Origin: Vicugna vicugna
Taxonomy: Eukaryota
Reading direction: 5' to 3'
DNA length: 62,000 nt
Assembly: GCA_013265495.1 (NCBI GenBank)
Contig: MU058384.1
Location: 4,201,239-4,263,238, forward strand
Below the pieces are notes generated by a model that worked only from the letters and a program-made list of their open reading frames with translations, was not told the origin of the DNA and ran no database searches. This document shows, one piece after another, positions 49,285 to 61,499 of the stretch; position 1 is the first letter of the stretch; every line of letters starts with the position of its first letter. The translations under genes and the position numbers were made by a program.

Positions 49285-50627
49285 TGATTTTTTTTAACCA
49301 AATAATATTCAGACAACTTTCACCTTTTTCTAGTTTTCTGACATTTTCTATTCTCCATAATTCCACCAGGATTATTGACAGGAGTGTAGCAAATAAATCT
49401 ACAGACAGTTGGGATTATAATTCGCTAGACCCAGAATCTTGAATTTTTGTAAAATGGCCCTTGTTTTTGTTTGTTTGCTGTTTGTTTCTTACTTTCTTGG
49501 ACTTCCATCCCAACCATCGCCACTGACCCTGTTTAAAATCAAAGCTACACCCTTTCTACTTTGAGTTCATTCTGTTTGGCAAAAAGAAAAAAAAAAAAGG
49601 GTTGTTTTCTCTTAGTTTGCTGCTACTCTTAACATTTTGCTGTTTTCCTAGGCCATAGGCTGGTCCTTCTTCCATCCTTGTTATTTAAAGAGTATTTTAA
49701 CAAATCCTTTTAAAATCCTTTCTTACTGGTTTTCATCCCACATTTGTGTTCTGCCTCTGGTTAGATGACCCTTTCTCTGTCTTTTGTGTATGTTTTTAAT
49801 ATTTTAAAAATATTTGAACTCATCAGAGAACATTCTGTACACCTTCACTGGCTTCTTTAGTAATCCTCTCTATTCTTGCTTACTGAGATGCTCTGTGATC
49901 TGAATATAATGCAGTTTTTATGTTTCTTACCTACAAACCCCAAAGTCTGAGAATACATCTTAGCTATCATTGGGGAAAATGATGCCCACATTAAATGAAT
50001 GAATACACATTCTAAAAAGTTTGTTGTTTAGAATTTACTGTCCTTATCAAGTCTTACAGCATTTTAGAATCTATTTTCATGGTAATATATATGTATCACG
50101 TTTTGAAATTAAATTCTAAGAGTGCCCAGCATTCCCGTTTTGGTGAATTGCACTCTTACTTTTCTCTTGTGATAATTAAATCCAAAGAAACAGTTCTTCA
50201 TGCCCAAACCCAATTATGTGATTTTAATTTGTTTGAATCTGAGAACTGAAACTGATCCAAATATTTTGAAATAATTCCTTTGGAAATGATAAATAAACAA
50301 TAGTATTTATTTTTAATCAATGTTCATTGAGTGCCAAGTCATCATCAGGGTTAGGGCAGGGTAGGGTGTGGGTCATGGAAAACTGAAGTAGAATAAGTGG
50401 ACTGTCATTTAAAACAAACGTTTTATTTCTCTGGACTGACATGGCAGTGACCTGGAAAAAGATAAGCTCTTGCCTACCTTTAACTTTTTAATCATACGAT
50501 TGAGCAGGATACTTAAAAATTTTTTCCATTATATTTTCAAACTGGTTAGAATTTCCCCTCTTTATCCCAGGATAGAAGGGAAAAGAAATTAGACTAACAT
50601 CCTACTCTTTCACAACTGTCTAAGATC

Positions 50628-50741
50628 AGCTGTTTTCAATGAAATATGCTGATTTGATCAGTCTGGAGTGAGTCTGGGAATAGGTATTTTTACAAAGCTT
50701 CTCCAGTGACTTCAATGGGGAGACATGGGTGTGAACCACTG
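50628..50741. mobile_element. MER5-like hAT-Charlie fragment
   Basis: ctgattt...gtctggagtgagtctgggaat...tttttacaaagct...gaaccactg. Confidence 0.5.
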
Positions 50742-52989
50742 ATGAGTATCCCGTTTGTAACTGAGCACATACGTGGAAGGACACACTTCAAAGCACCAGC
50801 ACCCAGCAAAAGAGAGATGAGACATGAAGCAAGAGCAAAGAGTACAGGAAGTATTTATAATAAGTATCATCTTGGGGCATTTCTGAGTTGCATCTTGTGG
50901 GATCTGGGTACTTCAGTTGGGGAAATGGATTATCACTGCTCTGGTGAGCTACGAGAGGTTTTGTGGACCAAATCAACTTATAGAACATTTGGAAAAGAAA
51001 CAGGTAGTAAAAACTTGGAGTATGAATTCATAGACTGGCAACAGAAGGGCCAGAGCAGCCAATGGAGAAACAGATGGTGGAGTGGTCTACTTGCTGAAAG
51101 AGCATGTAGCGGCGGGAAGCAGGAGAAACGTGAGAGATGAGGACTCTTAGCCCTGCAACAAGAAGCCCGGTCATTGAGCAAAAACCAGGGCACTCGGCAG
51201 TTGGCGTGATTCAGATTTAGAAGGGTAACTGGACATTTTTTCTTGCGCTGGGCAATCAGAGCTGAGGAAGGACTTTGCCAACCATAATCTGTACCCACAC
51301 TCAAAGCAAAACTACAACAAAGATAATACAATACATTACCACTGAAAATATTTACTGACAAGATTAAGAGCACAATAAAGTCCAGGTTCATATCATAGTA
51401 TCTGGTATACGGAAGTCACCATTTAAGTTCTGAAGAAAAATACAGGCAATGATCCAAAGCCAAACTTTATTTATATAGTGTCTGTGAAGCCATCTCATAT
51501 CTGTATAATCCTTTCAACAGGAAGCATAAATTCTCCAAACCCCTAAACGGGGACTTCTAGGTCTGCAGTATACCTTTAGCAGCAATCCACTACCAGCTTT
51601 ACTGAGGATTTATTTCTGGATCTTTTTTAGAATTTTCAGCATAGCTTCTTTCTCTAAACTTTGATGCTCCTCATATGATCAGCCTCTCTCCTAGCTACGT
51701 GAATGGCCCCATGCTACCCTGCTGATGGAAGCATACTATTCCTAAATGAACAGTCACTTCTAGATTCTCAAGGTTAATGTGGATATAGAACTTTTTGGAT
51801 TCGTTTAAAAATCTCATTTGGTGTCTTGTAGTATCTCAGAGGGCCTGCACAATCACTAGCCATCACTGTGTGTATCACTAAGACAGACAGTTTGGAAAGA
51901 CAGCTGGTTCCTGGGGGATTATACACCTGTGATTGGGCAGAATATCTGTAACTCCTACCAAATAGATAAAAGTTCCTTCTGATCACTAGAGATAGAAAAT
52001 AAGGAGAGAAAAAGACACACAAAGAAGTAAATGTTTAGAATGTTAAGTCCCTGAGGGTGAGAGTTCTGCCTAAATGTGACAAATATATGTCAAAAATTAA
52101 AAATATTCAATAAATAGTTTGTTATTTTATGTTATTCAAATGAATTTTTTTTCCACTTGGGAATATGCCCTATGTAAAGATGCATAAAATGTTCGCTTTG
52201 GCAAGCTCGTTTCCATTCATTTCTTGTTTTTCAGTATTAGGAAAATCTACAACCGTGTCAATATAACATTCTGATTATGTTTCTCAACTTCCCCATTCAT
52301 TTACTTGGCTTTATACAAAAATAATATTCAAAAGATGGCCCCAAAGAAAATACGCTGGGTACCAGGGTCATCAAATGAACAACTGCATCTTTCTCTGAGA
52401 AGGGAGCTAGGGAAATGGACCAAATTGCAGGAGGTAGAAGCACATGTTTGTAGTCTTCTCTTTTCTCCATTTTTAATAGCATGGAACCATTTATTTATTG
52501 ACTGCTTGAAATAAATTCAAATAGAAGAACTTTGTAAATGCTGCAGTCTCCAGTAAGACCCACATGGTGCCAATCTTTTTTTGTTATTTATGAGAGGGCC
52601 TCACAGAGCTTGAATGTCTACTCTTTTTATCCAAGAGTCTGTGTTGTAGTCAGTTAAAGCGCTTTTGTCTGGAGAAGAAGCTGGACAGTAATTCACAAGC
52701 TCACAATTCTCCTGGGACTGAACTGGGACCCCCATCAAGCCTCACACTTAAACGGGCTTCAAATGTGGTTAGAAAATGAGGCACCCGAGTTCTCTGAAGA
52801 GTTTTACATGCACATCACTGTTTCTAAGTGAGCAAGAGTATTTGATAGCTCTGTCGTGTTCCCTCTAGGGAGGTGGGAAGAGAGGGCAGGTTGTGGGGTG
52901 GAGTCCTCAGGGGAAGACTCCATCCCTGGAGTATTTATTGTTCCTTCCATTTCTTTGAATTTTCTTTTCCTAATTTTAAAATTACTTTA

Positions 52990-53300
52990 TATTTTAAATA
53001 ATGGCTTAGCTAAGACATAATTTACATACCACACAATTCACCCATTTAAGTGTTCAATTCAATAGTTTTTGGTGCAGTCACAGACATGTGCAATCATCAC
53101 AACAGTCAACTTCAGAACATTTCATCACCTCAAAAAGAAACTCCGTAGCCTTCAGTTATCATCCTCTTAGTCCCCCATCCCCACAATACTTGGCCTTAAG
53201 CAGCTACTAATCTACTTTCTGACTCCATAGATTTCCTTGTTCTGGACATTTCAGATAAACGGAATTATATAATATGTGGTCTTTTGTTCACTTGGCTTTT
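52990..53300 (-). mobile_element. L1MB-type 3' end
   Basis: ataatttacataccacacaattcacccatttaagtg...catcacctcaaaaagaaactcc...ctaatctactttct...ttctggacatttca. Confidence 0.85.
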
Positions 53301-54260
53301 AATTCCATTTTGTCTTATGACATTTGTGGTCATGTTGTCTTGCATTATTATGCTTTGAAAAGTTTTAATGTGTCCCTGCCTTTTTTCTCCTCACCTAGCT
53401 TATGGTCTCCCTCAGTCAGGGACACTCGGCAGAGCACGGCACAGACAGTGGACTCTCAATTAATGTCTGTGAATTTTTGAATCAGGTTCTCTTGTTTTCT
53501 CTTCTAATACCAAGAGAAGATCTCTGCAATATCTCTCTAAGGAAGGTCATATTACTTCACTTCCACATTTTGAAGTAGCTTCTCTCTCGCCTCCAGTATA
53601 CTAACACATCACAACATGTACAGTACATGTAGAACACATGTGATAACATGCTAAAAACTCAGGCCTTCATTTCCTGCGCTGAGCCTTTGCTTTGCTGATC
53701 TCCATCTACTCCTATCTCTATTCTGCCCCATTTTCAGGAATGCCCAGGCCCCTTAGCAGCCTACTTGCTTGGTTTGAAGCTCTCTTGGTAAAAGAAATCA
53801 GAATGACGTTGACTTCAAGTCGTGTGGACACTGGTGTACTGGCAATGGGATGGATTGCTCCGCAGAGTTGCCACTGATTGTCCACCTGTCCTTATGTGAT
53901 TTAGAGAAAACACTTTCTCCTACAAGGATTGACTTGTTGAAGTCATAGGAAGTATAATTGTTTTGCTTATTTATTTATTTACTTATTTAAATTCTTGAAA
54001 CAGTTCTGAGAACAAAAGTTGACCAATTTCAGTTGTAGAACATAACTCTACTTGCTGAACATTTACTTTGCATTACAACCTAAACAAGCATATGGGGACA
54101 AATTGCCCTCAAACTAGGAATATGCATATATTTCTCAGAGGAAGAATATGTATATATGAGGATTCTTTTTTACCACCTTTTTGGAGAAGACGCTGGTATT
54201 TAGTTAGGAAGCTTTGTATGCCTTAGACATATTGAAAAGGAAGAATGTGAGGTTCCTACT

Positions 54261-54558
54261 TTTTTTTTTCTAACTGGAGTATAGTTGATTTACAATGTGT
54301 GTTAGTTTCTGGTATACAGCATAGTGATTCATTTATACATATATAAAAATATATTCCTTTTCATATTCTTTTTCATTATAGGCCATTACAAGATATTGTA
54401 TATAGTTCCCTGTGCTATACATCAGGATCTTGTTGTTTATTTTATATATAGTAGTTAGTATGTACAGATCCCAAACTCCCAATTTATCCCTCCATCTCCC
54501 CTCCACCTGTGTGACTATAAGTTTATTTGCTATGTTTTTGAGTTTGTTTTGTAAATAA
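54261..54558 (-). mobile_element. 5'-truncated artiodactyl/camelid L1 3' UTR
   Basis: Poly-T, gagtatagttgatttacaatg...atagttccctgtgctatac...caaactcccaatttatccc. Short flanking repeat ctact(tt). Confidence 0.88.
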
Positions 54559-55648
54559 CTACTTTCTAATTGTCTAAGTTAATGCTTTGGATCTCAAAGA
54601 ACTGCTTATGTACAGCCAAAGTGAAAGGTAACTGGGCCTCATTTTTCCAGAATTGACTTAAATTCCAAGTCAGAATAAAATTTGGGGACAAATGTCTCTT
54701 ATTCTTCCTACTTCGTGGTAAACAAACATAAAGGAAAATGTGTCTTTTTCCTCTCTGCTTGGAGGTAAAGAAAAGTTTCTTAGTGAAAATTTGAAGTGCT
54801 ATATTTTAATAGCCAAAATTTCTGGTGCCCAGACAGAGAGCTTGAGAAAACGGATTGATTCGTATGGGAGGGCGTGTCAGTCACCCTCTGAAACTGACTT
54901 GCATTTGTTTATGTCTGCACCATTCATCAACCAAAGATGTCCAGCCAGGCCTATAATCTACATTTAAACCATAGAATTATTTGTTACAACAATATGAAGT
55001 CAAAGAGAAAGAGGTCTCCCTCCTCAATACCCTTTCTTTCTCATTCCAACCTCTGAAGGGAGAATGGGTGGTTAAAGAAGGGGAAGTACATAAGTAACTG
55101 CAGATGTAATTTTGACACATAGAGACGACAGGGCCCCTTTCTAGTTGGCATGTGAAAGCACTCTTTCCCCCAGAACCTGGCCCAGGCTGCCTGCAGTTTG
55201 GGCGGTGATTGGCACCTTCTTGTGCCAATGGGAATAACAGCTGGCTTCTCAATACACTTCCAAAGCCCCATCCGCCTTGACACTGTCTACACACAGCTTT
55301 AGCTGCTGACTTTCTCAAGCTGTTGCTGAGTGTCTCTAATAACAGTACTGTCCTTTTAATGCTTTTTCTTCTGAGTAAAATATCTGCATCTTCAATCCTT
55401 AGTCAAAGGAGAGGCAAGGAAAATCACCCTAGGGTGAAATGCACACTCATAGTCAGGCTGGTGTCAAGGTTTCTGTAAATTATTGTGGATGTGTGGATCG
55501 GGAAGACAGAAACTGGATTTCTGTATATATCAATATTGTGATACGTATATTTCTGAAAAGTTTCAATTTGAGGCCAAAGTAGAATAAAAGAGGAAAAGTG
55601 AAGGAAAAAAGCAGGTAGTGTATGGGAATATTTAAAAGTCATTAAGAA

Positions 55649-56443
55649 CACTGGTCAGAATGACCATCACTAAAAAGTCCACAAAAGATAAATGCTGGAG
55701 AGGGTATGGAGAAAAGGGAACCCTTCCACACTGTTAGTGGGAATGTAATTTGGTGCAGCCACTATGGAAAACAGTATGAAGGTTCCTTAAAAAACTAAAA
55801 ATAGAGTTACTATGTGATCCAGCAATCCCACTCCTGGGCATATATTCTGGAGAAAACCCTAATTCAAAAAGATACATGCACCCCAGGGTCCACAGCAGCA
55901 CTATTTACAATAGCAAAGACATGGAAACAACCTAAATGTCCATCAACAGATGACTGGATAAAGACGTGGTGTATATATACAATGGAATACTACTCAGCCA
56001 TGAAAAAGAATGAAATAATGCCATTTGTAGCAACATGGTTGGACCTTAGAGATTATCATACTAAGTGAAGTAAGTCAGAGAGACAAAGACAAATATATGA
56101 TATAACTTATACGTAGAATTTAAAAAGTGACATAAATGAACTTATCTACAAAAGAGAAATAAACTCACAGACATAGAAAAGAAACTTATGGTTACCAAAG
56201 GGGAAAGAGGGGTGGAGAGGGATAAATTTGGAGTTTGGGATTAGCAGATACAAACTACTATGTACAAAATAGATTAACAATAAGGTCCTACTGTAGAGCA
56301 CAGGAAACCATATTCAAAAGCTTGTAATAATCTTTAATGAAAAGGAATATGAAAAAGAATATATATGTATATGTATAACTGAATCTCTATGCTGAACACC
56401 AGAAACTAACACAAAATTGTAAATCAGCTATACTTCAATTTAA
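55649..56443 (+). mobile_element. 5'-truncated artiodactyl/camelid L1 (ORF2 C-terminus plus 3' UTR) with perfect 15-bp TSD
   Basis: Peptide [26 protein letters not shown] aaaagtcattaagaa at 55634-55648 and 56444-56458, at a TTT/AAAA endonuclease site. Confidence 0.95.
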
Positions 56444-56640
56444 AAAAGTCATTAAGAAATGAGCTAGAATATTGAAAGCATCAGTAGCATCAAACTAGAC
56501 TTGGAAAGGAATACTAGCTTACATAAGGGGAGATGCAGAAGACAGGCACAGACTACTCAGAGTGGTGCGGAGCCCCAGAGTATTCTCTTAAGCACAGTTA
56601 CCCAGATACACAATCCAAACACAGAAAACAAAATAGGAGG

Positions 56641-56722
56641 AGGAAGAGAGGGTATAGCTCAGTGGTAGAGCACATGCTTAGCAAGCATGAAGTCCTGAGT
56701 TCAACCTCCAGCATCACCATTA
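56641..56722 (+). mobile_element. vic-1-type tRNA-derived SINE (short-tail form)
   Basis: gagggtatagctcagtggtagagcacatgcttagc...gagttcaacctcc. Flanking repeat aaaacaaaa(t)aggagg. Confidence 0.88.
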
Positions 56723-59659
56723 AAAACAAAAGGAGGCAAAGGTTTCTTCTGGCACAGACGTATTTTTGCAGAGCCTATTAGGAAGCACTGCAAAATAGCT
56801 ATTTGTTGCACAAATATTAAAAATACCTATGGAGGAAAGAAGCGATCACAACTCAGCAGGAGATTGTAAAACTTGGCCGAGAAAGCCAAACCATAAGGGT
56901 ATTTCAGGCAAACATTTTGAGGATGATAATCCAAAAAACTCACAAAGCTCAGAGCTTAATAATCACCTGCAGGTGACATGAATTGTGAAATACTGCTAAG
57001 TCCACAGTGTGGCTTCTGCAGCTCAGTCACACCTGTCATCTCTGTGTTGCCCAGGGAGGTAGGGGACAGAGAAGCCAGGAATTAAAGTGGGGCAAAGACA
57101 TGCAGTAAACACGACACCGAACATTCCCTTCCCAGTATTACACGGGAAGCTGTTCTGGGAAAAGGGTGAGAGCTTCATAAATTCCTTCTACTTTTCAATA
57201 TTGACTTTTCTTTCCACTATTTTGCCTCAACTCTTTGCCTTTAGCCCTGCACCCCTGGGTAACCAGCATCCTACTGATGAAAGTCCAGATTTCCATATCT
57301 GCCTGGGGATGTTAACCGACCCCATCAGCCAAGAGTCAGCCAGGCAGGGAGCCGCTTCTGTGAACACCGGGCCTCCTAGCACATTACAAAAGCAAGACCA
57401 ACTGGGCTACCAGCTTAGAAGTTTTTGTCTTTGCTTTTCACAAATCCCCATAAATTTCAAAACAGACTAGTACCAGGACAGCACTTTTGGCATAAGTATG
57501 CAAAGTCAGGACAGGATTTCCTGACTCATTCTCTATGTGTAGTTTCTACGAAAAGAATCATTCTTTTTTCTCCTGCTTCTGAGATGTGAATGATGCGGCA
57601 GGAAAGAGTGGTAAATCTATTTTTCTTTTCCTGTTTCAGAGCTGGGAAGCGAAGTCAGACTGTGACATGAAAGGCTCACCACCAAAAGGGCCTTTATCTC
57701 TGGGGCATCAAGACTGCTTCAAGATCCTCTGAAATGTGTCTCATACAGCAGCGCAGTTTTGAAAAGATTTACTGTCAGGCTTAACTGGGGTGGGAAAAAC
57801 ACTGGAACGATCATCTCCAGGATGTGCCCTGCCCATTCCACCTGGCTCTCCTGCAAGGGCCAAAACTAAGCCATAGTGGCCAGCCACCAGCCAGCCTGGA
57901 GCTGAGACCAGAAGGGAACGAAGGGTGGAGAGAAAGAGTGGTGGGTGTTTGGGAAAAAGAGGCCAGGGAGAATTTCTGGAGTGTTTTTTCCACCTCCTTG
58001 AAATGAAATGAAATGAAATTACCCTCCTAACCCCCAAGTTCTCTGGAACCAGTGGTTACTCCTAGGCTTTGACTCACCAAAGCACAACTAAAATACTCCC
58101 TAAAGGGAGAACATAAATCCTGGGACATTTTAGATGTCCTGGCCCACAAAAAAAAATCCCCTTATCCAGTTGAAATACAATAGGATTTCACAGTTGTGAG
58201 GTGATGTCTGGCGATTGCTTTTTATACACAACACTTATAGAACACTTTATACAAAATGTTTCACAACCACCTTTATCAGCTAAACCATAATTATCCCTTC
58301 TGACAGAGACTACAGGTGTTTATTTTAAATCACAGAAACATGAAATTGTGCGCTAGATATATTTTTGGTGTATTAATCATTGAGACAATAATGTTGATCT
58401 TTCAGGCTGTGAAATTTCTCTTCCTTGTTCCTTTTTTCCCTCCCCTTCCTGGAGATCTTATCCCTAGAGTTCAGGCTGAAAGTACATTTCTGGTCCAGAT
58501 CTCTAGCTATTTCATCTACAAGTGGATTTCAATCCACATTAGTAATTTCCCATGGTATCAGGTGAGTCGAGATAGCATAGATTTGGCCAGTAAAAGCTTT
58601 TGTGTCAGGGAGAGCCACTCAACTTCACTGAGGTTAACCTAACTTTAAATGAACCGCGGTATCTGGGTTTGATCATCTCTCTCAGAGGGTTGTGAGGCTT
58701 CAGGATTTTATATAAATAAATAACTTGAAGATTTATAGATCGAAGTGATTTCCTAGAGACTCTATAAAATGTCCCAGTTAGTAGTACTGAGAGAGGAATA
58801 TTTTAATGCTTAATTTTTAGGTCAAATAAAATTGTTACATAGAAAAGCCCTTCACATTAAGAACTATGATTGAAGGTGTGATTCAGATTCTCACACCAGG
58901 CTTCCAGTAAGCAAGTTTTTATGAGTACAGGCAAACAATTTAAATTCACAAATTCTATTTTCAGAAATATTGATATTTGGGAGATACGTCTCCTGCATCT
59001 GATGAGTTGATGGCTATCTGAAAACAAAAACCAGAGAGAGCAGGGGAGCTGGGGAAGAGAGAGAAAGAGGGAGGAAGAGGGCAAGAAGGGAGAAAGGAGG
59101 AGGAGGAGGTGAGGAGGCTCCAAAGAAAATGGTTAGTGAAGGAGAGCCAATCATAATCCAGCTGTTCCAAGCCAACCAAAGCATCTGGTTTCTTTAATTT
59201 AGTACACTTCATACTAAAAGGCTAGCTTGTTTACACTGTATATTTTGAGTTATTTAAAATCTCTCTTCCAAACCATTGGGTTTGCAACTTCAGGGGAGGC
59301 TTTTCAAATGTGGCTGGAAAGTATCCCCACATCAATATCACATGGCATGAATGATATGGAAAAAAAGAGGAAAGTTACAGACATTTTAATAGTAGTGAGC
59401 ACGCCATTCCAGACTATTTTATTATGATTTTCTGAGAGAAGTGAAAATGTCCCCTACTCAGCCTCTGTAACACGCAAACGAAGCCATGTTTTGCACACAG
59501 GTGGGCATACACGCAAGTGGATGTGTGCACACCCTCAGGCACATAGGGCATCTCTCTATGGGCTGCCTTATCCTGTGTTCCAGAAATACTCTTTACATTT
59601 TAACCAAAACATGAACAGAAAATACACAAAAGTATCAAATCTAAGGAGAAATTATTTGG

Positions 59660-60150
59660 AACCCTTCTGGAAGGACTATTAGGGTTCAGTCCTCAGTCCT
59701 CTATCTCTTCACAGACCCTCTCTCAGTGAACTCCTCGTGAACAGGGCTTCAGTCTTCCGCTTCTAATAGGGTGTCCCAACACAATCCTCTGAGTCACTGT
59801 TCTCATGCAAACTCTAGTCCTGGATTTCCAACGATTTCAAAACACTTTCACGTGGCTGTCCCACTATTACCTGGATGTCCAAGACAAAACTCAGTATTTT
59901 ACCTATACCAGTCCTTCCTCAATCTTTATAGTTATGTAACAAATGCCATTATTCTACTGGTCAAAAGAACTGAAAACCTGAGAATTAATTTCAACTACCC
60001 TGTTTCATCCCATGTAGTCTCCTGTTAAAGAAGCCAAGCCTTTTACCATTTTCTTTATAATGTCCTTCAAACTTGTCCCTTCTTTCTACTCCCATTGCTC
60101 TCTCCTCACTTGATACCTGAATTACTCAATAATCTCCTGCTTGATTTTCC
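59660..60150 (+). mobile_element. L2 fragment
   Basis: agggttcagtcctcagtcctct...aatgccattattctactggtc...gaaaacctgaga...aataatctcctgcttga. Confidence 0.55.
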
Positions 60151-60720
60151 TATATGTGGGACTGAAAAAATATATACCTAAAGGCAAAGACCAGAAAAAC
60201 TCCTGAATATCAAGAGTAAACAGAAGAGGCTTAACTCTGCCTAGAAGCAGTCCACAATCTGAAACCATTCACAAGAAAACCAATTTATAGTGAGGCATTT
60301 GGTAAGCCATTAAATTCACAATGCTACCATGAGACAGGTTCTTACCCATTTATCTTTTTTGTAGTCCAGGCTAACTGCATCACTGGCCCTGAGCTGATCA
60401 TTGCAGCCTTTCCAGTGTCTGGTAATATTTGGCAAATCTTCCCACTTTCCCCAGGCTTTTTAATCATTGACTTTTAAACTCAGATAGGATAGAAGAAATT
60501 CAGATAGAAGAAAGTTTGCTCCCATTTCTCAAGTCTCTCCAGCGGGGACTGTTTGACCTCATCAAGAGCCGTAACTGCAGCAACTAATAGACCAACAGCA
60601 ACAGTAAATGCCCAGGGGGAAATGCAGCTGATAAACAGGAGGCGAGAGCTAGGTGGTGAGGGGTTGGCCATAAACACCTCAGGCCTCAGCATGACACCTT
60701 TGTGGCCTGTGTAATTCCCA

Positions 60721-60730
60721 CTGACGTCAG
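60721..60730. promoter_or_regulatory. Full palindromic cAMP-response element (cTGACGTCAg), function unproven
   Basis: Exact CREB/ATF consensus TGACGTCA at 60722-60729 in non-repeat DNA. Confidence 0.4.
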
Positions 60731-60812
60731 TTCCATGCTATGGATAGTCTAGGACCATAGGAAAGAATCTTACATTGCTTCACAGATGAGTTACTTTCAC
60801 TCAAAGCTGGAA

Positions 60813-61000
60813 ATGGGTAGTTCTGAGTGTGGTCCTTAGACCAGCAATATTGTCAGTGACTATAAAACTGCTAGGAATGCAAATTCTTGGACCCTACACA
60901 GGCTGGCCTCCTGAATCATAATCTTGGGATTAAGGCCCAGGAAATTAGTTTAACAAGCTCTCTACCTGGTTCTTATTCATGCTATAGTTTGAGGACCATT
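60813..61000 (+). mobile_element. MER5A-like hAT-Charlie MITE
   Basis: agtgtggtcc...accagca...aatgcaaattcttggaccc...ggcccaggaa...tttaacaagctc...agtttgaggaccattg. Confidence 0.82.
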
Positions 61001-61499
61001 GTGCCAGTGTATGATGATAATAACTAGGTAATAACTAGATATTACCAAACAATCAAATAAAAATGAGATAAAGAGCAACTTGAATAGAGGGTCTATTTTT
61101 TCTTATATTTCAATGTAAGCACAAAATAAATCTCAGTAAACAGTGTTGACTAAATGACTGAAAGGGTATTATATAGGTTAATGCCCAAATTAAAAATTTC
61201 CATTTAGCAAATAATGTCTTAGATTTTTTTGGCTTGTTTGTTTTGAGAAAGTCATTGCAGTCTAGACAACATAACACTAATCTGAGAGGCAAGACTTTCT
61301 AAATAATGAGAATCAGTTGTGATGTGTGTAGAATATTCCAAATGTGCTCCTCCTCTTTTTTGTGCTTTAAGAATGTTTCATATATTTCATATTTCAGATG
61401 CCAAAGTAGATGTTCTGATAGATAATAACCATCCCTCCCTCAAAGCAAATTTTAAAAGACTAGTTTATTCTGTAATCACTCAATTACCCCTGAAGCCAT

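Noticed and set aside
53614..53630. Palindrome acatgtac-a-gtacatgt among repeated CATG (p53-like)
   Set aside because: Several mismatches to RRRCWWGYYY half-sites; short palindromes are expected by chance.
12098..59796. Roughly ten AP-1 (TGAGTCA/TGACTCA) sites across the window
   Set aside because: Close to the number expected by chance for a 7-mer on two strands of 62 kb.
60480..60692. 70-aa minus-strand ORF with a hydrophobic stretch just downstream of the CRE
   Set aside because: No recognisable homology or internal splice donor. ORFs of this size are abundant by chance here, so at most it is a uORF of the candidate exon.
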